Positions 1 to 12,061 of a DNA stretch of 64,000 nt are shown here, piece after piece. A model generated the notes under the pieces. That model worked only from the letters and a program-made list of their open reading frames with translations, was not told the origin of the DNA and did not search any database. This stretch comes from the human T2T-CHM13v2.0 reference genome, Homo sapiens: assembly GCF_009914755.1 (NCBI RefSeq), contig NC_060936.1; one strand, 5' to 3'. The position numbers were made by a program, and so were the translations under genes. Position 1 is the stretch's first letter. The number at the start of each line of letters is the position of its first letter.

Positions 1-123
1 CACAGTTCTGTGGAATGAGAGCAACTCAGGAGTGGACTCAGCAAATGGTTGAGTCAACTGTCATTTTTAAACTATGTCTTCAAAACTCTCACCAAAATGT
101 ATACACACAAATGCGTTATAACC

Positions 124-470
124 TGTATCAGGCCTCTTTTGATTGCAAATAACAGAAAGACCTGGCTCTAATGGGCTTAGGTGTTAAAGACATTTAATGG
201 CTAACTTAACTGAAGAAGTCTAAGGGAGAGCTCAGAGCTCCCTTAAGGTAGTTCTTGAGCAGGGGCTGAAGTGATGACAGTCAGATATGGTGTCTCTTTC
301 TTTTGGATCCACTGCCATTTTCAGACAGGCTCTGCCCTCAAAGTCACAGGAAGGCTATAGCAGTTTCATAGCCCTTATATCTGCTCAGCTTCTCCCTTCT
401 AGCAGCTGAGTAAAATTCCTGGGCTTGTCTCTGGCTGAAACATATCTAGTAGCATCTCTATGAAGCTGCC
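124..470 (-). mobile_element. Old MaLR LTR fragment (MLT1K/L-like)
   Basis: tgtatcagg...ttgcaaataacagaaag...ggcttag...atttaatggct...aactgaagaagtc resembles the reverse complement of an MLT1 3' end. Confidence 0.6.
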
Positions 471-483
471 AGTACGTTAGGTC

Positions 484-660
484 CATGGCTCCCAAACTCA
501 GCTAACACAGTAAAGTCACCTGGGGAATGTGTTAAAATGCCAAAGAACAGGCCACACTTCCAGGCAATTAAATCACAATCTCTGGGGTTGGATCCAGGCA
601 ACATTATTTTCTTAAGGTTACAAGGTAATTCCAATGGAGAGAAAAATTTAGAAACCCCTG
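484..660. mobile_element. MER5A-like hAT-Charlie MITE
   Basis: ctcccaaact...tcacctgggg...ttaaaatgc...aatcacaatctctggggttggatccaggca...ggtaattccaatg...tttagaaacccctg, with degenerate TIRs. Confidence 0.75.
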
Positions 661-899
661 AATTGGGTGCTCATAAAAATAGGAGATTTTAGACTCATCT
701 TCTGATTTACTAAGAAAGTCAAGTTTGATTAATTTCCTTAATGTCCACCTCAAAGTCTTTCTTCCTATGCTTTCCTGTCTCTGTGACAAGAGTGTCCCTC
801 TTGCTCACTCTAGCTGGCTGCCATCTGTCTCGTGGTCTCACACTCACACTGTCTTGCCTGGTTCTAGAGTTCATCCCTCTTCTAGTTTGCATCTTGAAA

Positions 900-1265
900 T
901 TTTACCTCCCTACTGGTTCTATCCTTTTAAAAAATGCTCAGATTTCTCCCATCCTATAATAGCCTTCCTTATCCCCCATGACCCCGCCCTCCACCCCCAC
1001 AGGCTGCTGCCCATCTACAGCCTAACTTTCACCTTCAGACTTCTTAAAAGAGTGGTCTGCCCTTGTTGCCTTTAATGCAGAGAATCCTTATAATCTGGTT
1101 TGGACATCAATACCCTGTGAAAACTGTTCTCTCAAAGGTCAGCAATGACCCACTTACAAAACAGAAGGGCTGCTTCTCGCCTCTCCTTCTCTCATCTTTG
1201 CTTTGGTTTTTAGATATTACGGTATCCAAACGCTATTTCTCCCACTGTTTTTCTCTCTGCCACCT
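900..1265 (+). mobile_element. L2 LINE fragment (degenerate ORF2/RT region)
   Basis: The translation includes KTVLSKVSNDPL...KGCFSPLLL, a decayed form of the L2 RT motif ETALxKVTNDL...GxFSVLILLD. Confidence 0.7.
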
Positions 1266-2634
1266 CTATTAGCTTAAGAAAGCCTTGGGGAAAATGTGTG
1301 GGACGTGTATCCTAAACACATTTCTCAGACAATATGTATCAGAAGACTTGAAAGTGAAGATACATGAAGGCAACAATTTAAAGCACAAAATAAATTCTTT
1401 AAAGACAATTCAGTATCATGTATTAGACTGAAAACTGGGAAACAAACTAAAGATATATTATCCACATAAGGAAATACTACAGAGACAGTAACAGTTTCCT
1501 ATGACAAGTGTGTGCTAATGTGCACAAATGGGCAGAATATTAGGAAGAAGATGTAAGACAAAACATGTATTATACATATAATTTCAACTTATTAAAAAGC
1601 ATAATAATTTGTAAATCAATTTGTTTTCCTCCATTGGTTTCCATTATTATGATGACAACATATCTTTAGTGATATTTAGTTTTACCTTTTCTCCTAATTC
1701 ATCTGTTTTGAAAATGAATAGAAATTTCCTTAGTACAAATGTAACTTATTGTATTCTTCATATATTCAGCTATTTAATAATGTAGTTGGAATTATTAGTA
1801 AGAAGCTCTTTCTCACTTTCTAATACTCCGAGCTTTGCCTGAATTTAGGTAGTCATCATTGACTGAGACATCCAAGACCACTGCTTTTATTGCTTTTTGT
1901 AATGGCAAGGTCAAAGTTTCCTTGGTTTGAAGGGTGCAGTAACATCCTTTAAGGAGCTACATGTAATAAATATCTGGGTGCATTTTTTTTTTGGATATAT
2001 GCGATACTGAAACAAATAATTATTTTAAAAATCTGCAAATAAGATTTTCTTCTGTATATTTAATAAAGCAGCAGTTACTAATTTTAAATTTAACATAATT
2101 CTCATGTATATGGGCAAAAAAGTGGTAAGAAACTAAAAGAGAGAAAAAGATGAGTTTCAAACACTGACGGCTTGCCTATCCCTAGAAACTATGTATTTTG
2201 CCTCCTCTCAAATAGTGGGAAGTTATCAAATTATATATTTTCCGCCAGAATAAAGTGAATTTACTAATATAAGAATTTCAAATAAATCAACTGTAGTAGA
2301 AAATTAAATCATTTTGTTATAGCTAACATGAGTATAAAACAGTTTTCACAAGTAATTTTTAATTTACAGATTAAGAAACTGAAATTTAGTGGGGGAAATT
2401 CAGTTTTTTTGTTTGTTTGTTTTTGCCACACAAGTAAAAATAGGAAAGCTAGGAAAGGTTGACATATCTTCTAATTTCTAAGTCTATTCTATTTCCCCTA
2501 CCATAAGGAATGCTGAGAGATTAGTGTGGTGTTGTCTTGATTAATTTCTCTTTATTATTCTAGATAGGCAGGTCTATGGTTTCTATCCGTTTCTAGAAGA
2601 GAAAAAAAATGGCAAAAATGAAACACTGGGGTTC

Positions 2635-2815
2635 CTCCTGTCCTCCACTTGTGATCTTAGGAATGATTCTTAACTTCTCTGAACCTCTTCTTTTTCATCT
2701 GTATGGTGGGGATAATGACGATAATATTGCAAGATTTAAATGAGTTAGTACATGTAAAATGTTTAGAATAGTACCTGGCAGAAAGTAAGTGCTCAATAAA
2801 TGTTAGCTATCCTTA
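2635..2815 (+). mobile_element. MIR SINE
   Basis: MIR core: ttaacttctctgaacctc...tcatctgta...ggataat...ttaaatgag...tagaatagtacctggca...gtaagtgctcaataaatgttagctat. Confidence 0.85.
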
Positions 2816-5800
2816 TTTTCATTCTTCCTCCTAAACATTTCCCAAAAGTATATAAGTTAATCGATTAGAATGCCTATCCTACATTGGCCCTCCTTTTCCC
2901 AGTAATGAACCAGATATTTCTTCCTAACCTGCTACAATCATATAAGAAGGGTGTAGACTCCTTCTTGTTTATATGGGGTCATACAAGGCATAGCCAAAAT
3001 TTCCTCTGGAGGATGGGTACCTCCTGGAACGAGGTAAAGTATTTCTAGCATCCAATTCCCATTTGGAAGACAGGGGAGAAATAAATGCGCCATTATGATA
3101 ATTCTAACTAGTTATATAAACGAAAAGCTTCAGTCCAGTGGAGAGTAAAGCGGTCCAAGCCACTGTTCAATGTAAACTCCCTCAAAGCATGGGCTAGAAG
3201 CACAGCAAGAAATCCATCACAATCTGGACCACGAGCAGCACTTGCGCGAGAACAAGACCTGCCTGGGACCCAGCTGCAGCATTCTCCTGTTCAAGTGGGG
3301 TCTCTCTATTTGCAAGAGAAATATGCCCCATGCCCTAGCAATAGATGAAACTCCAATAAAACAAGACAGACTTACTTTGTGAAATATCTATTAAGTGCAT
3401 ATTATTTTAAAAAGTTGATAGGCTAGAAAGATAAATACGTTAAATGCACTAGCTTTGATGGCATGAAATGAAGGGGTGGAGGCAAAGCAGAAAGGACATG
3501 GTTGCAGGTGAGATTTGGAAAGGGGTGGAAAGTTAACGAGGTGGAGGATACAGTTAAGTTGTTCCAGATGGCAGGATCTGACAGAGAAGGCCAGCGAGGG
3601 TTAGCAGAATGGATGAGGATGGGGAGACAGGAGAAATGAGGTCCAGCACAGAGAGAGAGAGCATTCTCAACCCAGATGATGATCAGTTCTGAATCATATC
3701 ACAGAGTGGATGAGGAATCATTAGAGAAGACTGCTGAAGGAACCACAAGGCTAGACACAGACAGATGGGAAAGAGCAAAGTGACCAGAACAGAAAATCCA
3801 AGGCCACCAGCAAAGGAGCCATCAGGTTTGGAACACTGATACTGAACTCTGTGATGGATTCAGAATTCCTTGGATTAAAAGATTCTGCAGATGAGAAAAG
3901 ATGGGAAATATTTTTCCTCTTCCATTAAGACAAAACATTTAAATGTGTTTCTTTAATTAAGATTACACTTAGGAAATGAGTTTCTAAATAGAAGAACTTT
4001 TAAACACAGGATGAGTGTCAGAGTTTAAAGGGATTTAGACGTCACCTGAGTAATCCATTAAAAGTTTATCAGACAAACTGTGAGATTGTTCTTGTCAGAG
4101 AGAATTGAGAATAAGATTACTGGTTGTCTGAGATGGTTGAGTTTCAGTTCTCTCTGGAAACAAGTCCTAGACGAATGTCTGACCTTCCCTTTCAAGCATA
4201 ATGATTCCATGATTGGGGTAAGTGTAAGGAACAATGACTGAAAAAATGAGAGTGAGTGTGATCACAACCCAGCCTTTTAATCTTGCTCAGTGCCAGTGGA
4301 GAGAGCAATACCCATACATGCCCAGACAGCAGAAAAGGAGAAAAGATACTGAGGTTGGGAGGAGAAATCAGGAAGAAGAGAGGGAGAGAGAAAGAAAGTA
4401 GAATGCACAGCAGGGAGCAGTTCCCTGCCAGCCACAGATGTCTCACTTAGACACCCCATTGGGATGAAGGTCAACGGGGCTGCTTATAGTTTGTTAGTGG
4501 GAAAGGGACAGGGAGAGTTAATTCTATTTTAGGCCATATGTGTATTTGGGAAGAGAGAGAAAGTGAAGATAAGTAGAAAATAAAATGACACTTAGGCCAG
4601 CTATGATGAAAAATGTTGAAGTCTATACTAAAGTGAAGGCAAAGGTTTCCGACATGAGCTTTGAGCCAGTAGAGAAAAGACAGAGAGAGAGGGTGGGTGG
4701 CAGCAAAACAATGAGAGGTGCCCAGAGCCGTGCTCCCTGTGGAATGTCAGTAAATATTAATTGGCTGATGTTGGCATTGGTAGGCAGAGTGAAGCTTGTG
4801 AAAGAAAAATGCCATTGCCAGTGGAGCACGAAAGTTCAGATCTCGGAGCTCAAAATGGCAGCACCTGAGCAAGCAGCAGAGTCACATCCCATATCACCAG
4901 AGAAAGTGATTCTCTGCATATGAGGCCAAACTGTCTCAAGGAAAAGTAATCACACAATCATGACAAGAGAAAAAGAACAAAGTCTGTGGGAGCCATGAAA
5001 ATATCTCCCCTTCTCTGAGAACATACTCCCTTCCCCTGAGGTATGGTAGCCCCTAGCTGAGAAACCAGGGCTGTCCCAGGTAAACAGCTGTGAAGGTAGG
5101 TGCCAAGAAGCCTAGATTTACCCACTCCAGAAAACCCTTTTGTCAGATGTCTCTGGAAACCTCACAAAATGTTATTTTGGGATTTGGCTCTAAGGTTGGG
5201 TAATTGGTAGACTCTCATTCTGGAGGAAGAAAAGAACGGCATTGCTTCTTTAGATTTCAATATTAGATGGGAAACGGAATGCTTTTGACGGTGCTTGGTG
5301 TTTTCATGAACCAAAGTTCCTCTCATAATGGCAGGCATGGGCCTTTTGGGTAAAGGTTATTTTCTTGCTCTTGTTCTACATTGGTAGGTACCTGATAAGG
5401 CAAAATGATTGAAACAGTGGCTTGAAACATTAATAAGAAAATGACTCAATTCCCAAGTCAGAGAAGTGCTAAGTTTACCTGAAATATATTCTACTATAAT
5501 ACTGTGGATCAGTGTCTATGTGGAGTGATCCAAGGACTTGTCTAGAAATACATGTTTTATACATCTTTTAAAATTACATCTGACCTAAAGAAAAAATATT
5601 TATTGTTCAATAATATATTCATTTTAAAAATGCTTTTTACACCTATAAATTGTCCCAGCCCAGAATTCTAAGTGCAAAAATGTCAGTGTCTGGCACATAG
5701 TAGGTACTTAATCGATATTTGTTAAGTATGTATTAGATATATGAAGAATGTAAGAATCAAGTAAAAATATCAAGAATGTGGGTGTTTGTAGAAAATTGTT

Positions 5801-8341
5801 TCCCTTTTATTCCATCATTTTCTCCTTAAGAAAATTAAGAAGAAATTGCAATTGCCATATTGCTTTTTCTTGTGGGTGATATCAACCACAAATAGCAAGG
5901 TAGTTTTGGAGTCATGAAGCAAACTTCCCCCTGCTAAGATCTGGGTAAGGTTTTAGCCACAAGAGGCCTAATAAAGCTCTTGAAGCATTTCCTAAGAGCT
6001 CACAGAAGATTTAAATGCCCTACTACTTTCAACTAGACAAATCCAATTCATTTTAACAAACAGTTTTGAAGTGCCTACTAAGTGTAATGCCTTGTGCTAA
6101 ATGTCTGGAAGAGTGAGTGTTAGGTGGAGCCCTCAATGGGTATAAAGAAATATGTATGTTTGGGAGTTGAGGGTGAGGGTGTGGGAGTTGTGTGAGTAGG
6201 GAGAATGGGACAAGAAAGAAACTTCAAGTGTATATCCACCCCTGTCCCCAAATACACTCCTGACCCTAAAAGAAAGGTCATTTTAATATTGTAATTACAT
6301 ATGTTTCCTGGTTTTATCATTACAGCTTAAGAAAACAGCACCACAAGTATGGGTGGGGTGCTAGAACTCAATGAATCCACTTTGGAACAAGAAGCATGGG
6401 TGGAACTTGAACGTTGTTGGACAAGACTGAAGCAGATGGCAAGGCAAGGTACCGTGTTACTCAGGTGCATTCTTGTAAGTATTTGGACAGCCAGTTAAAC
6501 ACAAAGAAGAACCCAATTATGGCAAATTGATTCTGCAAAGAGATTTTATTTTAATCATCAACTGACAGTCTTAAGTTAAATACCAAATAGAGCAGACATA
6601 AAGATTTTGGAAAAAAGTGTGAGGTAGCAACTCCAAAGCAGTTATCAATACTTTCCTCAATTATCTAGATTTTTAGCGACTATCTTAGTAAACACTTAAA
6701 TCTCCTTTCAATGCAGGAGATCAATGCTTCCATAAAATTCAGAAAACTGAGAAAGTTAAAAATATTTGTAAGAACTATAAATTGCTTGGGTTCACTCTCT
6801 TCCTTGTATGTAGTACTTATAAAAGAACTGATACAGATGAATAGAAAATACTGATTGTTTCATGTTTATGATGTAAGAAGACCATCAACTTCTCAACATC
6901 AAGATAAGTAAATGCCAAAATCAGGTCAGAAAAGAACTTTTCAGAATAAGGGCCTGCCTTTAAAAGTCTCAGCCAAAACCGTAACAGAAAGGATAGTCTC
7001 TTAGTCATGATTTATAAACAGAAATTGTACGTCTGTACCAATTGTAGAGGATAAAGTCAAAACAGAATTTACAGCCTCCTGCTAATAGCCTAATTTAAAA
7101 TGTATAATCTTCCCTACATTTCCCCCAAAGTACCTTTTAAAGGACTCACTCTGCTATCCAAACAACTTGCAAATGCATTCGGTAAGTTGGTCTACAGTAT
7201 TTATTCTCTTTCCTGTTATTGACTCAAGATCTATTTCTCATGATTTGCTTTGTGCTCATTCTTCTGCCAGATAAAATATTAATTGCATTTTTAGCTGCAC
7301 TGCTGGTGATCAAAGAATTCTGATATGTCAAGCTAAACTGACAGAAATAGCATCCATTAACATATTTATAGGTTCAGAGCTTCTAGAACATAATTATATC
7401 CATTAATTACTCAACAGTACTCTATATTACAGGCTGAAAAAGAAAGGCATTTGCAACTAAATACTTTTACTCAGAATGAAGTTTTTTTTTAAATAATAAA
7501 TTTTCTCTAAGGAAGGTTCTATCTAAAGGAAATAAGGCAAGAGAGCTCACATATCTATATGGACACAAGGCAGGATTTTTAAGGCATCCATTTACTAACT
7601 TTGCAATAGAATGCTCACAAAGTAAACGAGATGGCACATCCAGAATGGTTTCAAATAAAATAATACCTTAAATATTACAGAGAAATTTAATTACTATTTT
7701 AGAGTTCTAAGAGTGACAATCTGAAGCTGGTAATTCTTGATGATAAGATTCCGAGCAATGATTTTTACTTTCAAATAAACTTCTAGTATTACATAGGACC
7801 AAAGCATTTGGAATTACATACTTTTCTGAACATGCAATTCTAACACATAAAGAAATTAAAGCTGTCCAGGGAAAAAGCTCTTAAGATGTTGGAAAGTCAT
7901 AGAACAAACAATTATTCTGTGGATCCACCAGCTGTGCGAGTCCTGAATCTGCCAGCTGCATTTAGTATATGTATCATAGAAAGGACAGTAACACACACTT
8001 GACTCCTTTTGGCCAGTTAATCAGCATGCAAAATGACGGTTTCCCACAATAACTTCAGCACCGGACCCAAACACATTCTCTTTTCAGCAAAGAATGAAGT
8101 CATTAAAAAAAAAATCACACAAGCTGCTTTCATAATTTCAGCACGAACACAACCGAGATGTAAGGACAGAAAGCAAAGCCGAGTCTACCTGTACATATGT
8201 ATCTATACATATTTCACTGAGTTCTTTGTTGCCTGACAATAAATTGCAAAGGCAGTCATATTTGAAAGTAAAAACCATTAAACTGTGTTTATAGGATACT
8301 GCAACAGACTCGCTGAGGGAATAACAAGGAAAGCACGATAC

Positions 8342-8396
8342 CTTTAGTAAGTCGCCTCAGAATTTGACAACGGCATTTAAAAGAGACAGCTATCAT
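8342..8396 (-). CDS. GRIP1: First coding exon of GRIP1 (glutamate receptor-interacting protein 1, multi-PDZ scaffold), GRIP1a-type N-terminus; 18 codons + 1 nt (phase-1 intron follows)
   Basis: The reverse complement reads ATG ATA GCT GTC TCT TTT AAA TGC CGT TGT CAA ATT CTG AGG CGA CTT ACT AAA G|gtatcg = [18 protein letters not shown] + first base of the next codon. This matches the recalled GRIP1 N-terminus [23 protein letters not shown]... A GT donor lies at 8341-8340, the ATG has A at -3, and there is an in-frame stop 6 nt upstream. Confidence 0.96.
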
Positions 8397-8600
8397 TCTT
8401 GCTCACTGCTTTCTGTGGCAAAGTGTACTCAAGGCTCTCTGCTCTGGTGGCTGCAGCAGCAGCAGCATATGAATTCCTTGCGCACATACCAGGAGAAAGG
8501 TAGTCCCAGTGGGGAGTGACAAAGCTTAATTCCTCTTGGCTGATGCAGAGGTCCGCTACATGTCATCTGGCAAATCTGTGTCATTCACTACTACTACCAC
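8397..8600 (-). other. GRIP1: 5'UTR of the GRIP1 first exon (upstream boundary/TSS approximate)
   Basis: Unique, repeat-free sequence directly upstream of the ATG; contains (TGC)5 at 8453-8467 and upstream ATGs. The TSS cannot be fixed from sequence alone. Confidence 0.65.
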
Positions 8601-8900
8601 CCCTGCCTGCCACAGCCTCCTCCCCCTTCACAATCACAATGGCTTAGAAAGTAATGCCGTTTCGATAGCAACAAAGCACCAAATTGTACAAAGCAGGGAC
8701 GACACTGTGTGAGGAGCCATTCCATAAATCTAACGCTAAGCACTGAACAGTGCATTCTGTTTAAGGCAAAAGGCGATGTATCCAGTCAGTTCAGCCACCA
8801 TCAGCCCCTTTCCTTCTCAGCATCAAGTCAGTGTCCTTTATATGTCTCATTTAATGGGAAATGCAAGTGAAATGCTTACACTCTTACTTTAGGAAGAAAT
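8560..8900 (-). promoter_or_regulatory. Putative CpG-poor proximal promoter of the GRIP1a-type first exon
   Basis: Lies upstream of a first coding exon. Motifs: RFX X-box-like GTTTCGATAGCAAC (8659-8672), SOX-like ACAAT/ACAAAG sites, E-box CATCTG (8564-8569), minus-strand TATAAAGG (8835-8842). Confidence 0.55.
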
Positions 8901-11900
8901 GCATGGGTCATGTACTATGTTCTTTAAACAACAACCAAAAAAAAAAAAAAGGAAAGAAAAAGAGGGAGGGCCGTTTATATTTGGGATTGAGGAAAGAATC
9001 ATAGTTCTGCCTATAGCGGGGAAGCAGCTCTAGGACAGAGACCTCTTTGGTACTTCCTGAACCTATGAGAGTTAAGGCAGTGTCTGTTTATAGAGGGAAT
9101 ACAAGAAAGGGTTAGGGCTAGGCAGACAATCAGGCAGATGGAGTCCCAGCCCCTTTAATCACCCTTCCAAAAAAGGACTTGGCTGGAAAGCAACACAGTC
9201 AAGACTGTTTCTAAAGATACCAGAAATAAAGGCAAACAAGGCCAAGTATTTCTATTTTTAATATACTTTATTATACTATTTCCCAAACAACCATCCCCCA
9301 AACCATTCTTCTCATTATGCAAATAAAACGGTCTTGCGACATAGCAGATATTTGTGAGTATCTGCTCCAATGGAGTGAAGAGCAAATTAACAAACCCTTC
9401 ACAATCCATTCACAAAGTGATAAGAAGGCGGAGCACACCTCCTCATCTGCCAGCAGCAGCCTGCTCGCCATATAGTCAATACGAACTAACATTTGGTAGG
9501 GAATTTTAATCAAAATCCAGAATTCTCCCACAGGAGTTAACATAAACATTCAGGACAAAAAATTAGACAGTTGGCCAGGAAGTTTAAGAAAAAAAAAATC
9601 AATTAGTCAAAATGAAAAGATATATCACTGTCTAAACTACTTGATTAATATTTCTAGGACTTTATGAATTATTCATACAGTTTTATTCTCTACTCTTCAG
9701 GCTGTGAAAAAACTTTCAAGCTGGTTTTTAAAATAACTTCCAATATTCCAAATTTAGTGGTAAAACTTTCTTTTCTTCATTCATAAATTCAATATGAACT
9801 CAAACAATTTCAATCCACTGCTATTGAAATGCATATGCTTTGTATTTTGAGTCCAATAGAAAAATAATTTGTGTGTGAAAAACATCTGAATATCATAAGC
9901 ATCTACTTTAAAGGTTTTTGAAAAGAACAGAATTCTTTTACCAAGGATGGTCTAGCTAAAGCAACCACTAATCAATAGAAAATACTATATTAAATGGACT
10001 GCAGTGCAAAATCAAATTTTTATAATTGTTCTGATTAGCATAAATCTTTCTTTGAATTTCAACCCATATTATGTTCATCTCTATTAGGTTATCCCTAGAA
10101 ATAGTTTAGCCTCCTTGATATTTTTTTGCTTTAAATAGAAATATACCTTAGTACTAGAGAACTGAGTTACTAGCTAAAGTGAGATAAATACTTACAGTTA
10201 GCTCTTTCCAAGATTCTTCTCCAAATCTAACATATTTCCTAAAATCCAGGCACTCAGAATACGCAGCTGTCAATTACTATTAGTAGAATCTTGCCTGTGG
10301 AACACCACCACCCCAGCCCAGTCTATTCAAATACAACTCAAAACCATACAGGAATCTCTTGCCTTCTGCTATTTTGCAGACTCAAATCCAATTTGCTTTT
10401 TCCTTATGACTAAAATGATCAAATATTTTCCCCTTTTCCTAATATGCTTATTTTTTTTGTTTTGTTTTAAAAGCTCTATCCTCTGGTCCCAAGAAAGGTC
10501 TTCAGAACTACTAAAATGTCCTATTTCTTTGGCAGGGGAAATAACCCATCATGGAGCTCTTTGAAAGGTTTCTGAGAGCCCAAACTAGGGGATTGTTTTT
10601 TCTCTCTTTGAATACTGTGGCTGCCAATCCATATCTATCCTATTAGTCTGCCCAGGTGCAGCCCCAGGAATCTTACAGAAATGGAGCCTCCTGGAGTAAT
10701 TCTTTTCCAGAAAATGAACGAATTCACCAGGTATTCCCATCTTCTTCCATTTCTGGCCTCGCTAATGCTTGGAGATTTCCTGGGGAGCCACTCCCAGGTC
10801 AACCTTCTTGCCCTAAACCCTTTGTCCTCCCTTTGCCTAATGCAAGCTTAGCCTCCCATCCTGAACTCTAGCACTGGTAAAATGCCTTCCAACAATGCAA
10901 GCCTTCTATCTCAAAATGTATCGATCTGTAGGATGAAGGTCTCAAATGGCCAAGGCAACCGGTGGAATGTGGACCACAGGCTCCTAACATGAGCTACTAC
11001 AAGGCAGAGTGACCTACATTTCTTGGCTACCAGATCAATGTAAGCATGTGTCTTTGGGACCTGTCATGAACATGTTAATTATGGTGGCTCAGCTGTCTAG
11101 ACAGTTCAAACTTTACAACATGCTCTGTGAGGGTCACCAAGTAGGGGTTATGGAAAAAGAAGGCAGGTAAAATTGTACAAAATACAGATTTGATTAAGCC
11201 CCAATGTGATCTGAAGAAGAGTGAGTGAGCTAGTTCAAGAGGTTTACCCCTCTTAAAAACACAAACACCTCAATACATGAAAACATGGGTTTGCTGGATT
11301 CAGGGCAGACTAGTCCCTTAAGATGATAATTCTTATTTCAGGGTTTCTTTAAAACATTAGTTTTGCTAAGGTGTAATACAAGTGTACCACGTTTACATAG
11401 AATTTAATGAATTAGAAGGCACTTTCACACATAATGTATCATGGAGCGACTCTGTTATAGGTTTTTGATGCAGAAAAGGAAAACTGGTTTCAGAGAAGGT
11501 GTTTTTCATCAAAGTCATTCAGCTAGTAAGTGGTAAAGAACAGGAAAGAACCATAGCTTCTCACCCCTGGCTAATCATTCTTTCTCCTCTTGTTTTTCAC
11601 TGCTTCCTTGCCACCAATACAAAATGTGATCTAGTTTACAGGGGGACAAATTCAATTAACAAAGTACCTTTAAGTGCAGTTATCTTTTGACAGAGGGAAA
11701 AACTAGTGCCTATCACCTTCTTCCCTCTGAAGCACAGCTCATGGTTCTAGGACCACCCTGACCAGAAGGAACCAGAAACAGGTGACAGTTAAGGCAAGTA
11801 CCGTCTGGTGAAAGACCATTACGTATCAAGTGTTTACAGGAATCCCTTCTCACTGCATGGTTAGCCCATCCTGACTGGCCTGTGTCATGCTGGTTTTGAA

Positions 11901-12042
11901 ATATTTGGAATATCACCTCCATTGACAATATGGTACTAATTTTATCATAAGAAGGGGGTGGGTTGTGGTGTATGGACAAACAAAACCTTAAGATTGGCTC
12001 AAAGATTCCAATATAGTCTCAAAACCAAAGCATTCCACAGCT

Positions 12043-12061
12043 TCATCAGCAGGTGGCACAC
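12043..12061 (+). promoter_or_regulatory. Predicted CTCF motif
   Basis: TCAGCAGGTGGCAC; 13/14 match to CCASYAGRKGGCRS. Confidence 0.4.

Larger units (their letters stand above)
1..8341 (-). other. GRIP1: 5' part of GRIP1 intron 1 (continues beyond the window start)
   Basis: Begins at the GT donor after the coding exon. I saw no sequence encoding the following peptide (ESPYTKSASQ...) in 1-8341. Confidence 0.85.
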
